A stretch of DNA of 49,690 nucleotides. It comes from Thiobacillaceae bacterium (GTDB lineage Bacteria; Pseudomonadota; Gammaproteobacteria; Burkholderiales; Thiobacillaceae). The translations under genes and the position numbers were made by a program. Positions 17,798-26,479 of this stretch are shown piece by piece; positions within the stretch are counted from its first letter, which is position 1, and the number at the start of each line of letters is the position of its first letter. The notes beneath the pieces were generated by a model that was not told where the DNA came from, ran no database searches, and worked only from the letters and a program-made list of their open reading frames with translations. The stretch covers positions 1-49,690 of the forward strand of contig DAOQNK010000005.1 of assembly GCA_035332045.1 (NCBI GenBank), written 5' to 3'.

Positions 17798-17903
17798 AAC
17801 GATAGTGACATTTTTATGTACTTACTGTTATGGATACTATCACTTAAGTTCAATTTTTTCCTGGGCCGGCCGATAACAGATCGCCCTGCCATCCCTGGAA
17901 TCC

Positions 17904-20900
17904 ATGAACCGCTTTCCCACCCCGGATCGTGACCTGCTCGATACCTTGCGGGAAATGGTCCTATGCTGGCGCCCGGATGGCGTCGTGCTCTTCGGCAACC
18001 GACCCTGCGCCTCGCTGTTCGGCCTGGAGCCCGACGCCATGGCGGGACAGCCCCTGGACCGCCTCCTGGAGGAGCCGTGGCGCGCCCTGGCCCTGGAACG
18101 ATTCCAGGCGGCCCTGGCGCACTTGATGGGCGACCGCCGCCTCCATGAAGACGAATGGCCTGTGGAAACAGGCGACGGGCCGCGCTGGTACGCCTGGCGC
18201 CACTTGGGCGTCTTCGATGCCACGGGGGGGCTGGTGGAGGTGCGCAGCTTCGGCATGGACGTCACCGAATGCCGGCTGCGGGAACGCACCCTGCGGGCGG
18301 GCGAATCGCGCTTCCATGCCCTGTTCCAGCACCACGATTCCGTCATGCTGCTGGTGGACCCGGAATCCGGCGCCATCCTGGATGCCAATCTCGCGGCCTG
18401 CCGCTTCTACGGCCACGACTGGGCCGGCATGACCAGCCAGCGCATCCAGGACATCAATACCCTGCCCGCCGAGCAGGTGCGCGCCGAACGGCAACGGGCC
18501 CTGTCTGAGGCGCGCAACTATTTCGTCTTTCCCCATCGCCTGGCCTCCGGCGAGGTCCGCACGGTGGAGGTGCACTCCTCCCCCATGGCCGTCGATGGCC
18601 GCGACGTGCTGTTCTCCATCATCCACGACATCACGGACCGCATCCGCGCCGAGACCGCCGTGCGGGAAAGCGAGGCCCTTTACCGGCGCATCATCGACAC
18701 CGCCGCCGAGGGCTTCTGGCTGATCGACCGCGACCGTCGGACCGTGGATGTGAACGAGGCCCTGTGCCAGATGCTGGGCTTCACCCGGGACGAGATGCTG
18801 GGCAAGCTTCCGACGGATTTCACGGATGAGGCCAACCGGGCCATCTTCAGCCAGCAGATGTCACGGATTTCCTCCTCCTATCATCGCGACTACGAGATCA
18901 GCCTGACCCGCAAGGACGGCTCGCCACTCCAGACCTTCTTCCACGCCACCACCCACCGGGACGCCCAGGGCAGGCCCGAGAGTTCCTTCGCCTTCGTCAG
19001 CGACCTGTCAGGCATCAAGGAGGTGGAAGCCGCCCTCAAGGCCAGCGAGTCCCGCTGGCAGTTCGCCCTGGAGGGCTTGGACCAGGGCGTCTGGGACTGG
19101 AACGTGGAAACCAACCAGGTGTATTTCTCGCCCCGTTGGAAATCCATGCTGGGCTTCGGCGAGACGGAAATCCGCGACGAATTCGAGGAATGGCGGCAGA
19201 GAGTCCACGAAGACGACCTGCCCAAGGTCTTTTCGGCCCTGGAGGCCCACTTCCGGGGCGAGCAGCCGATCTTCGAGATCGAGATGCGTATGCGCCGCAA
19301 GGACGGCGCCTGGCGGTGGATCCTGTCCCGGGGCAAGGTGGTGGAACGCCTGGCCGACGGCAATCCCCGGCGCATGATCGGCACCCATGCCGACGTCACC
19401 GAGCACCGCCTGAAGGAAGAGAAACTCCGGCAAGCCGCCGCTGTGTTCGAGAACACCGTGGAAGGCGTGGTCATCACCGATGCCGAGAACCGCATCATCG
19501 CCATCAACCGTGCCTTCACCGACATCACCGGCTATAGCGAAGCGGAAATCCTCGGCAAGAAGCCCAACATGATGCAGTCCGGCCGGCACGACGCCGAGTT
19601 CTACAAGACCATGTGGGAGGATCTGGTCCAGCGAGGCAGCTGGCGGGGAGAAATCTGGAACAAGCGCAAATCCGGCGCCGTTTTCCCCGAGTGGCTCACC
19701 ATCAGCGTGGTCCTCGACGAACACAACCGGATCAGTCATTACGTGGGCGTCTTCGCCGACATCACCAAGGTCAAACGTTCCGAAGAGGAGCTCAACCGCC
19801 TGGCCTACCACGATGCCCTGACCGGCCTGCCGAACCGGCTGCTGCTGCTGGACCGCATCGACCACGCGATCCGCCGCTCGGTCCGCTCCAGCGCCCGTTT
19901 CGCCCTGCTGTTCATCGATCTGGACCGGTTCAAGAACATCAACGACACCCTGGGCCACCAGACCGGGGATGAATTGCTCAAGGCGGTGGCGGAGCGCATC
20001 CAGAAACGCCTGCGGGCGGAAGACACCCTGTCCCGCCTGGGGGGCGACGAATTCATTCTGCTCATGGAGGACATCACCAACGAGCAGCGCGCCGCCAATT
20101 TGGCCCGGGAGTTGCTGCGCCTGCTGGGCAAGCCCTACCACATCGCCGGCCATGACATCTTCCTCTCCGCCAGCATCGGCATCAGCCTGCATCCCGAGGA
20201 CGGCAACGACGCGGAAACCCTAATCAAACATGCCGACACGGCCATGTACCGGGCCAAGGAAGGGGGCCGCAACGGCTATCAGTTCTATACCCGGGAGCAA
20301 TCCGTCGCCGCCTTCCAGCGCTTCAGCCTGGAAGCGGCCCTGCACCGGGCCCTGGCCCGGGGCGAATTCGAGCTGCACTATCAGCCCCAGTATTCCATGG
20401 AAGAAGGCAGGATCACCGCCGTGGAAGCCCTGCTGCGCTGGCGGCATCCCGACCTGGGCCTCATTCCGCCCGATCAGTTCATCCCCCTGGCCGAGGAAAC
20501 CGGCCTCATCCTACCCATCGGCGAGTGGGTCCTGGACACGGCCTGCCGCGAAATCCTCCACTGCCAGGCCCATTGCGGGGAAGCCCTGGCGGTGGCGGTG
20601 AATCTCTCGCCCCTGGAGCTACAGCGCGGCGATCCGGTCCAGCGCGTCAAGCGGGTGCTGGCGGAAACCGGTCTTGAGGCCCATCGCCTGGAACTGGAAA
20701 TCACCGAGAGCTCCGCCATGCGCCGAGGCGAGGAAAGCATCGCCATGCTGCATGAACTGAAGGGCTTGGGCATCCGCCTGGCCATCGACGATTTCGGCAG
20801 CGGCTATTCCAACCTGGGCTACCTGAAAAGCCTGCCCGTCAGCACCCTCAAGATCGACCGGGTGTTCGTCCGCGACCTGCCGAACGACAACGAGGACGCC

Positions 20901-21098
20901 GCCATCACCCGGGCCATCATCGCCCTGGGGCATTCCCTCAACCTGAGCGTGCTGGCGGAGGGTGTCGAATCCCAGGCCCAGCGGGAATTCCTGCTCGCCC
21001 AGGGCTGCGACATGTTCCAGGGCTTCCTGCTGTCCAGGCCTCTGCCCGCCGCGGATGCCTGGCGGCTGATACGGGGGGTCAACCAGGCCCCGCGCTGA
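17904..21098 (+). CDS. Multi-PAS GGDEF-EAL signalling protein (c-di-GMP turnover)
   Basis: About four PAS/PAC repeats are followed by an intact GGDEF (SRLGGDEFILL). EAL motifs are also intact (EALLRW, DDFGSGYSNL, EGVES..Q..GC...QG). Confidence 0.9.
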   Translation: MNRFPTPDRDLLDTLREMVLCWRPDGVVLFGNRPCASLFGLEPDAMAGQPLDRLLEEPWRALALERFQAALAHLMGDRRLHEDEWPVETGDGPRWYAWRHLGVFDATGGLVEVRSFGMDVTECRLRERTLRAGESRFHALFQHHDSVMLLVDPESGAILDANLAACRFYGHDWAGMTSQRIQDINTLPAEQVRAERQRALSEARNYFVFPHRLASGEVRTVEVHSSPMAVDGRDVLFSIIHDITDRIRAETAVRESEALYRRIIDTAAEGFWLIDRDRRTVDVNEALCQMLGFTRDEMLGKLPTDFTDEANRAIFSQQMSRISSSYHRDYEISLTRKDGSPLQTFFHATTHRDAQGRPESSFAFVSDLSGIKEVEAALKASESRWQFALEGLDQGVWDWNVETNQVYFSPRWKSMLGFGETEIRDEFEEWRQRVHEDDLPKVFSALEAHFRGEQPIFEIEMRMRRKDGAWRWILSRGKVVERLADGNPRRMIGTHADVTEHRLKEEKLRQAAAVFENTVEGVVITDAENRIIAINRAFTDITGYSEAEILGKKPNMMQSGRHDAEFYKTMWEDLVQRGSWRGEIWNKRKSGAVFPEWLTISVVLDEHNRISHYVGVFADITKVKRSEEELNRLAYHDALTGLPNRLLLLDRIDHAIRRSVRSSARFALLFIDLDRFKNINDTLGHQTGDELLKAVAERIQKRLRAEDTLSRLGGDEFILLMEDITNEQRAANLARELLRLLGKPYHIAGHDIFLSASIGISLHPEDGNDAETLIKHADTAMYRAKEGGRNGYQFYTREQSVAAFQRFSLEAALHRALARGEFELHYQPQYSMEEGRITAVEALLRWRHPDLGLIPPDQFIPLAEETGLILPIGEWVLDTACREILHCQAHCGEALAVAVNLSPLELQRGDPVQRVKRVLAETGLEAHRLELEITESSAMRRGEESIAMLHELKGLGIRLAIDDFGSGYSNLGYLKSLPVSTLKIDRVFVRDLPNDNEDAAITRAIIALGHSLNLSVLAEGVESQAQREFLLAQGCDMFQGFLLSRPLPAADAWRLIRGVNQAPR

Positions 21099-22608
21099 CC
21101 TCCGCACCCCGCTCCCGCTGCGGGCTGGCCAGCCACGTATCGGGCTCGGGCGAGCCATGGTGGGGGAAACGCAGCGTGAACAGGGCGCCCCGGTCGCCGG
21201 CCCCCTCGTCGATCTCCACGGTCGCGCCATGGCGGAGCGCCACTTCCTGGACGATGGCGAGCCCCAGGCCGCTGCCGGGCTGGCCGCTGCCGGGTATCCG
21301 GTGAAAGCGCTCGAATACCTGCTGCCGCTGGTCCGGCGGTATGCCCGGACCGTCGTCCTCCACCTGCAGCCACGCGGAATCGCCATAGCCGACCCGGACG
21401 GTGATGTGCCCACCCGCCGGGGTGTAGCGGATGGCGTTGTCCAGCAGATTGTCGATGAGGTCCCGCAGCCCAGCCTCGTGGCCCTTGATGGGCAGCTTCA
21501 GGTCCTGCCCCTCGAAGCCCAGGTCGATATCCTTGCGCAAGGCCTCGGGTGCCCAGTGGGCGGCGGTCTCCTGGGCCACCCGATGCAGGTCCAGCAGCTC
21601 CAGGGGCGCGTTCAGGCGGGCCTCCGGTTCGTTCCGGGCCAGGGTCAGCAACTGGTTGACCAAGTGGCTGCAACGCTGGGCGCCATCGCAGATGCGCGCC
21701 AGGGACTCCCGGATCGGATCGGCGAGGGGCTCCCGCTTGGCCAGTTCGGCCTGGGACTTGAGGCCGGCGAAGGGGGTGCGCAACTGGTGGGCGGCGTCGG
21801 CCACGAAGCGGCGCTGGGCATCCATCATGGCCTTGAGGCGCTCGATCAGGGCGTTCACCTCCAGGATCAGGGGCCGCACCTCCCCCGGCGCCCGTGTTGC
21901 GTCCAGGGGGCGCAGGTCATTGCGAGGCCGGCCGGCCACCTCCCGGCGCAGCCGCTCCAGGGGCTCGAAGCCCCGTTTCAGACCGATCCACACGGCGATG
22001 CCGGCGATCACGATGAACATGAACTGGGGAATGACGATATTGCCCAGGATGCTGCGGCCCAGGCTGAGCCGGGCGTCCACCGGCTCGGCGGCCTGGACCA
22101 GCACCGATTCGCCGGTGGCCAGGGTGACCTGGAGGGTCACCAGGCGCAGCTTGCGCCCCTGGAACTGGGTGTCCCGCAACTGGGGTGTGGCCTGGAGATA
22201 GTCGGCGGGGCGGGGCGTGGGCAACTGGCCGCTGGCGGCGATCTTGCGTCCCCATTCATCATGCAGGGAGAAACGGAATTCCCCTTCGCTTTCTGGAAAC
22301 AGGCGAGATAGGCCGGTCGTATCCTGGTATGGATGCAAGGCATAACGGCTGGCCAGCAACCTGGCCCGTTCCAAGAGCACCAGGTCATAGGGCTTGTTGG
22401 ACAGGGTGACGGCGGCCATGTAGCCGGTCACCGTGGAGAACAGGAGCAGTAGAAACAGGGGGGTGAACAGCCAGTTGACGAGCTGGTGCCTCAGGGAGAG
22501 GGTGTCCACCTCGGAAGCGTCGGCATGGCCCCCGGCTCCCGGCGACCCGGCTGCCCCGACTTGCTCAGCCGCCGGTAACCGGGGGGAAGATCGCCACTTC
22601 ATCGCCAT
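21079..22608 (-). CDS. Orphan sensor histidine kinase (periplasmic-sensor, TctE/QseC-like architecture)
   Basis: Two TM segments flank a loop of about 150 aa. The H-box is FVADAAHQLRTPFAGL, the N-box LIDNLLDNAIRYTP and the G-box DDGPGI..GSGLGLAIV. The start overlaps the moaD 3' end, and the 3' end overlaps the GGDEF-EAL gene by 20 nt. Confidence 0.85.
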   Translation of the reverse strand: MAMKWRSSPRLPAAEQVGAAGSPGAGGHADASEVDTLSLRHQLVNWLFTPLFLLLLFSTVTGYMAAVTLSNKPYDLVLLERARLLASRYALHPYQDTTGLSRLFPESEGEFRFSLHDEWGRKIAASGQLPTPRPADYLQATPQLRDTQFQGRKLRLVTLQVTLATGESVLVQAAEPVDARLSLGRSILGNIVIPQFMFIVIAGIAVWIGLKRGFEPLERLRREVAGRPRNDLRPLDATRAPGEVRPLILEVNALIERLKAMMDAQRRFVADAAHQLRTPFAGLKSQAELAKREPLADPIRESLARICDGAQRCSHLVNQLLTLARNEPEARLNAPLELLDLHRVAQETAAHWAPEALRKDIDLGFEGQDLKLPIKGHEAGLRDLIDNLLDNAIRYTPAGGHITVRVGYGDSAWLQVEDDGPGIPPDQRQQVFERFHRIPGSGQPGSGLGLAIVQEVALRHGATVEIDEGAGDRGALFTLRFPHHGSPEPDTWLASPQRERGAEVSAGPG

Positions 22609-22819
22609 CGCCCAGAGGCGTCTCCGCCACGGCGATATCCTGGTTCACCGCCAAGCGAAAATTCCGCCCCTCTCCCAACTCCTCGGCCCAGGCGCCGCCC
22701 CGGGCCCGCAAGACCGCGAGCAGATCGGCCAGGCAGGCGGCATCCTCCAGATCCAGGGATTCCCGGTCCAGGCCGAGGGCCTCTCGCAGGCGGGCAAAAT
22801 AAAGCAGTCGGATGTGCAT
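22565..22819 (-). CDS. moaD: MoaD/ThiS-type sulfur-carrier protein (molybdopterin synthase small subunit)
   Basis: 84 aa, MHIRLLYFARLREALG...GDEVAIFPPVTGG, with the C-terminal Gly-Gly. Confidence 0.85.
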   Translation of the reverse strand: MHIRLLYFARLREALGLDRESLDLEDAACLADLLAVLRARGGAWAEELGEGRNFRLAVNQDIAVAETPLGDGDEVAIFPPVTGG

Positions 22820-22875
22820 GGCTTCGATTCCTTGGGAGCGGCAAGGGTAACAGTTCGCCGGCCGGGCTGGCAGGG

Positions 22876-23367
22876 TCAGGCCCGGAGCCAGGCCAGGATG
22901 AACGCCGCGATGCCCGCGTGGTCATCCAGATCCAGCCAGGGCGGGCCGTCCGCCGGCCGCTGGTCGGCGGCCACGGCGATGAAGCGGGCATCGTCCGGAT
23001 AGAGCCACGGCTTGTGGTTGGCGGCACGCCAGATCTCGATCTTGGCCAGGTCGGCATGCTTGTAGCCTTCCACCAGGACCAGATCGCAGGGCGCCAGGCG
23101 GTCCAGGTGCGCTTCCAGGTCCGGTTCCGGCCCACCCCGCAATTCGCCCACCAGCATCCAGCGGTGAGGCGAGGTGAGCAGCACTTCCCGGGCCCCCGCC
23201 TGGCGGTGGCGCCAGGAATCCTTGCCTGGCGTGTCCACCTCGAAATCGTGATGGCTCTGCTTGACCACCGATACGGCGAGGCCGGCGGCCGCCAGCCTGG
23301 GCAGCAGGCGCTCGATGAGGGTGGTCTTGCCGCTGCCGCTATAACCGGCGATACCCAGGACTTTCAT
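22876..23367 (-). CDS. mobB: Molybdopterin-guanine dinucleotide biosynthesis adapter MobB
   Basis: P-loop GYSGSGKTTLIERL and ..VKQSHHDFEVDTPGKDSWRH..VLVEGYK. Confidence 0.9.
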   Translation of the reverse strand: MKVLGIAGYSGSGKTTLIERLLPRLAAAGLAVSVVKQSHHDFEVDTPGKDSWRHRQAGAREVLLTSPHRWMLVGELRGGPEPDLEAHLDRLAPCDLVLVEGYKHADLAKIEIWRAANHKPWLYPDDARFIAVAADQRPADGPPWLDLDDHAGIAAFILAWLRA

Positions 23368-23568
23368 CGCGATGCTTTCGGGAATACCCTGCGGGGTTCA
23401 TGGGTGAAGGATGGGAATTCGTGTTGTATCTTGGGGAAGGTGTGGCGTCGATCTCATGATCGATATCAAGGCGATGACGGATGTTCTTGCCGAAGATCAA
23501 GGTCCAAGCTTTTCTCGACGCCCCCAAGCCTCTACATTCTGCCTGCCTGATGGACAGACCGAAACTTC

Positions 23569-24543
23569 ATGAACAACTTGGTTGACCGCTTCGGACGACG
23601 CATCGAATACCTCCGGCTTTCCGTCACGGATCGCTGCGACCTGCGTTGCGCCTACTGCATTCCCGAAGGCTTCAAGGGTTTCGAGGAGCCGGAACACTGG
23701 CTCACCTTCGATGAAATCGCGCGGCTGATGGGCCTGTTCGCCGGCCTGGGCCTCAAACGGCTGCGCCTGACCGGCGGCGAGCCGCTGTTGCGGCGGAACA
23801 TCGTGGACCTGAGCAGACGCTTGGCGGCGATCCCCGGCATCGAAGACCTGTCCATCTCCACCAATGCCACCCAGCTGGCGGGCATGGCCCATGACCTGAA
23901 GGCGGCCGGCGTCACCCGCCTCAATGTCAGCCTGGATTCCCTGCGCCCCGAAGGCGTGGAGAAGATCAACGGCCGCCCGGTTCTGGACAAGATCCTGGAT
24001 GGCCTTGAGGCCGGCCGGGCGGCGGGCTTCAACCCCATCAAGATCAACATGGTGGCCATGCGCGAGAACGCCGACGAGATCGACGCCATCGTCAGCTACT
24101 GCATGGAAAAGGGCTTCGTGCTGCGGCTCATCGAGGTCATGCCCATGGGCGACACCGCCCGCAAGATGGGCTACGTGGACCTGCAACCGGTGAAGGCCCA
24201 ATTGAAGGAACGTTTCGGACTGGTGGATACGGTCATGCCTGGCGGCGGCCCCGCCCGCTACCTGGGCACCCCCGATGGCCGGTTCACCGTGGGCTTCATC
24301 ACCCCCATCTCCCAGCATTTCTGCGAAACCTGCAACCGGGTCCGCCTCACTGTGGATGGCACCCTGCACCTGTGCCTGGGCCAGGAAGAGCGCATGGATT
24401 TCCGTGCCCTGCTGCGCGGCGGTGCCAGCGATGGGGACATCGTGGAGGCCATCCGGCAGGCCATCGACCTCAAGCCGGAACGCCACGAGTTCGTGGAAGC
24501 GCCGCGCAAGCTGGTGCGCTTCATGAACATGACCGGCGGCTAA
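23569..24543 (+). CDS. moaA: GTP 3',8-cyclase MoaA (radical SAM)
   Basis: The radical-SAM cluster motif is CDLRCAYC. The C-terminal cluster is CETCNRVRLTVDG..HLCL, and the protein ends in ..MNMTGG. Confidence 0.95.
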   Translation: MNNLVDRFGRRIEYLRLSVTDRCDLRCAYCIPEGFKGFEEPEHWLTFDEIARLMGLFAGLGLKRLRLTGGEPLLRRNIVDLSRRLAAIPGIEDLSISTNATQLAGMAHDLKAAGVTRLNVSLDSLRPEGVEKINGRPVLDKILDGLEAGRAAGFNPIKINMVAMRENADEIDAIVSYCMEKGFVLRLIEVMPMGDTARKMGYVDLQPVKAQLKERFGLVDTVMPGGGPARYLGTPDGRFTVGFITPISQHFCETCNRVRLTVDGTLHLCLGQEERMDFRALLRGGASDGDIVEAIRQAIDLKPERHEFVEAPRKLVRFMNMTGG

Positions 24544-25493
24544 GCGCCTCTTTCAGCAGGAAATAGGCTCTGAGCGAGCTTCTTGCCCCGTAGCGGCAGC
24601 AGGTGCGCCCGCTTCCAGGCTCCAATTGCCCACCCCCAGAATTCCGCCAGGGAGGTGAAACCCTCTTTCGGCGTCGGCATGCCGAGAAAATCCGCCGCCC
24701 GCAACAAGGCCGGCAAGGGATCGGCGGCCTCCACGGGTGCCGCCAGGGTCTGCTTGGAGAGCTTGTCCCCCGCCCCATCCAGCACCACCGGCAGGTGCAG
24801 GTACGTGGGAGTGGGCAGCCCCAGTGCCCGCTGAATTGCGATCTGGCGCGGCGTGGAGGCCAGCAGGTCGGCGCCGCGCACCACATGGGTGATGCCTTGC
24901 TCAGCGTCGTCCACCACCACGGCGAGCTGGTAGGTGAACACCCCGTCCGCCCGCTTCAGCACGAAATCCCCGCATTCACGGACCAGGTCGCAGGCAATGC
25001 GGCCCAAGAGACGATCGCTGAAGACTACCCGCGCCTCGGGTACCCGGAAGCGCCAGGCCGGCTCCCGGGCAGCATCACCCCGCCAGCCTCGGTCCCGGCA
25101 AGTGCCCGGATATACCGGCCCATCCACCCCGCGCCGCCCAATTTCGGCAATGTCCTTGCGGCTGCAGCGGCAGCCATAGATCAGGTCCTGGGCATCCAGC
25201 CGGTCCAGGGCGGCCTGGTAGGCCGCGCCCCTTTCGCCCTGGAAGGCCACCGGCCCATCCCACTCGAAGCCGAAAGCCTCCAGGCCTCGCAGGATGTCCG
25301 CCGCCGCCCCCGCCACCACCCGGGGCGGATCCACGTCCTCGATGCGCAACAGCCACTTGCCGCCCGCGGACTTGGCGTCGAGGTAGCTGCCCAGTGCCGC
25401 CACCAGGGACCCGAAGTGCAAGGGGCCGGAAGGCGTGGGCGCGAAACGGCCCCGATAAGCCTCCTGGGCGGCGAAGCCGGGTGCCGAGAGCAT
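24540..25493 (-). CDS. gluQ: Glutamyl-Q tRNA(Asp) synthetase
   Basis: 317 aa from the ATG at 25493. Motifs: RFAPTPSGPLHFGSL (HIGH-like), CRCSRKD..YPGTC (Zn site), TYQLAVVVDD and KLSKQ. The 697-aa track ORF is this gene plus out-of-frame junk. Confidence 0.9.
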   Translation of the reverse strand: MLSAPGFAAQEAYRGRFAPTPSGPLHFGSLVAALGSYLDAKSAGGKWLLRIEDVDPPRVVAGAAADILRGLEAFGFEWDGPVAFQGERGAAYQAALDRLDAQDLIYGCRCSRKDIAEIGRRGVDGPVYPGTCRDRGWRGDAAREPAWRFRVPEARVVFSDRLLGRIACDLVRECGDFVLKRADGVFTYQLAVVVDDAEQGITHVVRGADLLASTPRQIAIQRALGLPTPTYLHLPVVLDGAGDKLSKQTLAAPVEAADPLPALLRAADFLGMPTPKEGFTSLAEFWGWAIGAWKRAHLLPLRGKKLAQSLFPAERGA

Positions 25494-25522
25494 GGCGTGC
25501 GGCCGGCGCGAGACCGAAGCGC

Positions 25523-26479
25523 TCAGGGGCAGAATCGGCAGTAGGGGTTGGGCTTCTTCTCGGCGTCGGGGGCCGGACTGGCTTCCACCGGAGGGAAGGC
25601 CGTCGCGCCGGATGCCGGGGTCTCCGGAGCGGTCTGGGGCGGCGCCTGGGGCGTGGGCGGCGGAGCGGGTGCCGGGGTAGCCGGCACCGGCGCGGGCGTC
25701 GACGGCGGGGTGGGGACGACGGCCGCATCCTGGACCGGCGGTTTTTCCGGGGCCCCTTGCTCCGCGGGGCCCTGCGCTTTCACCGGGGCCGGCTGGGTGG
25801 GCGCCGGCTTGGCCGGCGCGGGCGGCGGCTCCGGGACCTTGATCCCGTACTTGGCGGCCCGCCTGGCCAGGGCACGCGAGGTCGGGTCGGCGGCCAGGCC
25901 GTCCTGGATGGTTTTCTTGGCCTTTTCCTTGTCGTTCATGGCCTGGTAGGTATCCGCCAGGAGCACGTAGGCGTCCGCGTAGGTGCGGTCCTGGTTGATG
26001 GCGTTGTTGGCGGACAGGATGGCCTTGCGGTAGTCCTGCTCGTAGAGGGCGAACTGGCCGATTTCGGTATGGATCTGGGGCAGGAAGCGCCAATCCTTGG
26101 GCGCGTTTTGCAGCACGTAGTTCATGTCGCCGTAGAAGGACGCCCGGTTCTCGTCCCGCTTGGCCTTGTCGCGCTCGGCGAAATAACGATGCTTGGCGAT
26201 GATGGCCCAGCAGCGGTGGTGGATGTAGCCCGCATCCTTGGCCATCAGGTATTCGGGCCGGCTGAGGAGTTCCACGTTCTCCTTCTGCTGGTTGAAACCG
26301 TGGGCGAAGGGTTTGTCCACTAGGATCAGGCGGCAGACGGGATCCATGGCCGCATATTCGGCCGAGGAGATCTTCTGGTTGTTGACGACACCCTGGTTCA
26401 CGTCGCTCAGGGCCAGGGCCTGGGTCACGCCCATCAGAGCCGCCAGGGCCGCGGCGGCGAGCAGCAGAATAGGCTTCAT
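25523..26479 (-). CDS. Secreted TPR-like protein with a long Pro-rich tail ending in a CxxC
   Basis: The ATG at 26479 overlaps the upstream stop (ATGA). The signal peptide is MKPILLLAAAALAALMGVTQALA. A helical-repeat region follows (..DYRKAILSANNAINQDRTYADAYVLLADTYQAMNDKEKAKKTIQDGL..). The P/A/T-rich tail of about 110 aa ends in NPYCRFCP. Confidence 0.6.
   Translation of the reverse strand: MKPILLLAAAALAALMGVTQALALSDVNQGVVNNQKISSAEYAAMDPVCRLILVDKPFAHGFNQQKENVELLSRPEYLMAKDAGYIHHRCWAIIAKHRYFAERDKAKRDENRASFYGDMNYVLQNAPKDWRFLPQIHTEIGQFALYEQDYRKAILSANNAINQDRTYADAYVLLADTYQAMNDKEKAKKTIQDGLAADPTSRALARRAAKYGIKVPEPPPAPAKPAPTQPAPVKAQGPAEQGAPEKPPVQDAAVVPTPPSTPAPVPATPAPAPPPTPQAPPQTAPETPASGATAFPPVEASPAPDAEKKPNPYCRFCP

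Noticed and set aside
17801-17841. An apparent long inverted repeat GATAGTGA / TCACTATC in the chrB upstream region.
   Set aside because: On checking, the second copy is the complement rather than the reverse complement beyond 6 bp. Only GATAGT/ACTATC is a true inverted repeat and the rest is a mirror repeat. It is reported only as a weak candidate.
23448-23463. Reading the moaA-upstream palindrome as an FNR box (TTGAT-N4-ATCAA) or a ModE site.
   Set aside because: The half-site spacing is N6 for TCGAT/ATCGA, and the half-site sequence does not fit FNR. There is no TATAT-rich ModE-like core. It is kept only as an unassigned palindrome.
23368-23568. A possible molybdenum-cofactor (Moco) riboswitch upstream of moaA.
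   Set aside because: I could not find the conserved Moco-motif elements as I remember them (a CCUCCGAG-like segment and the paired 3' AAAGG/RBS region) in the 200-nt leader. An Infernal scan would be decisive, but by eye there is no support.
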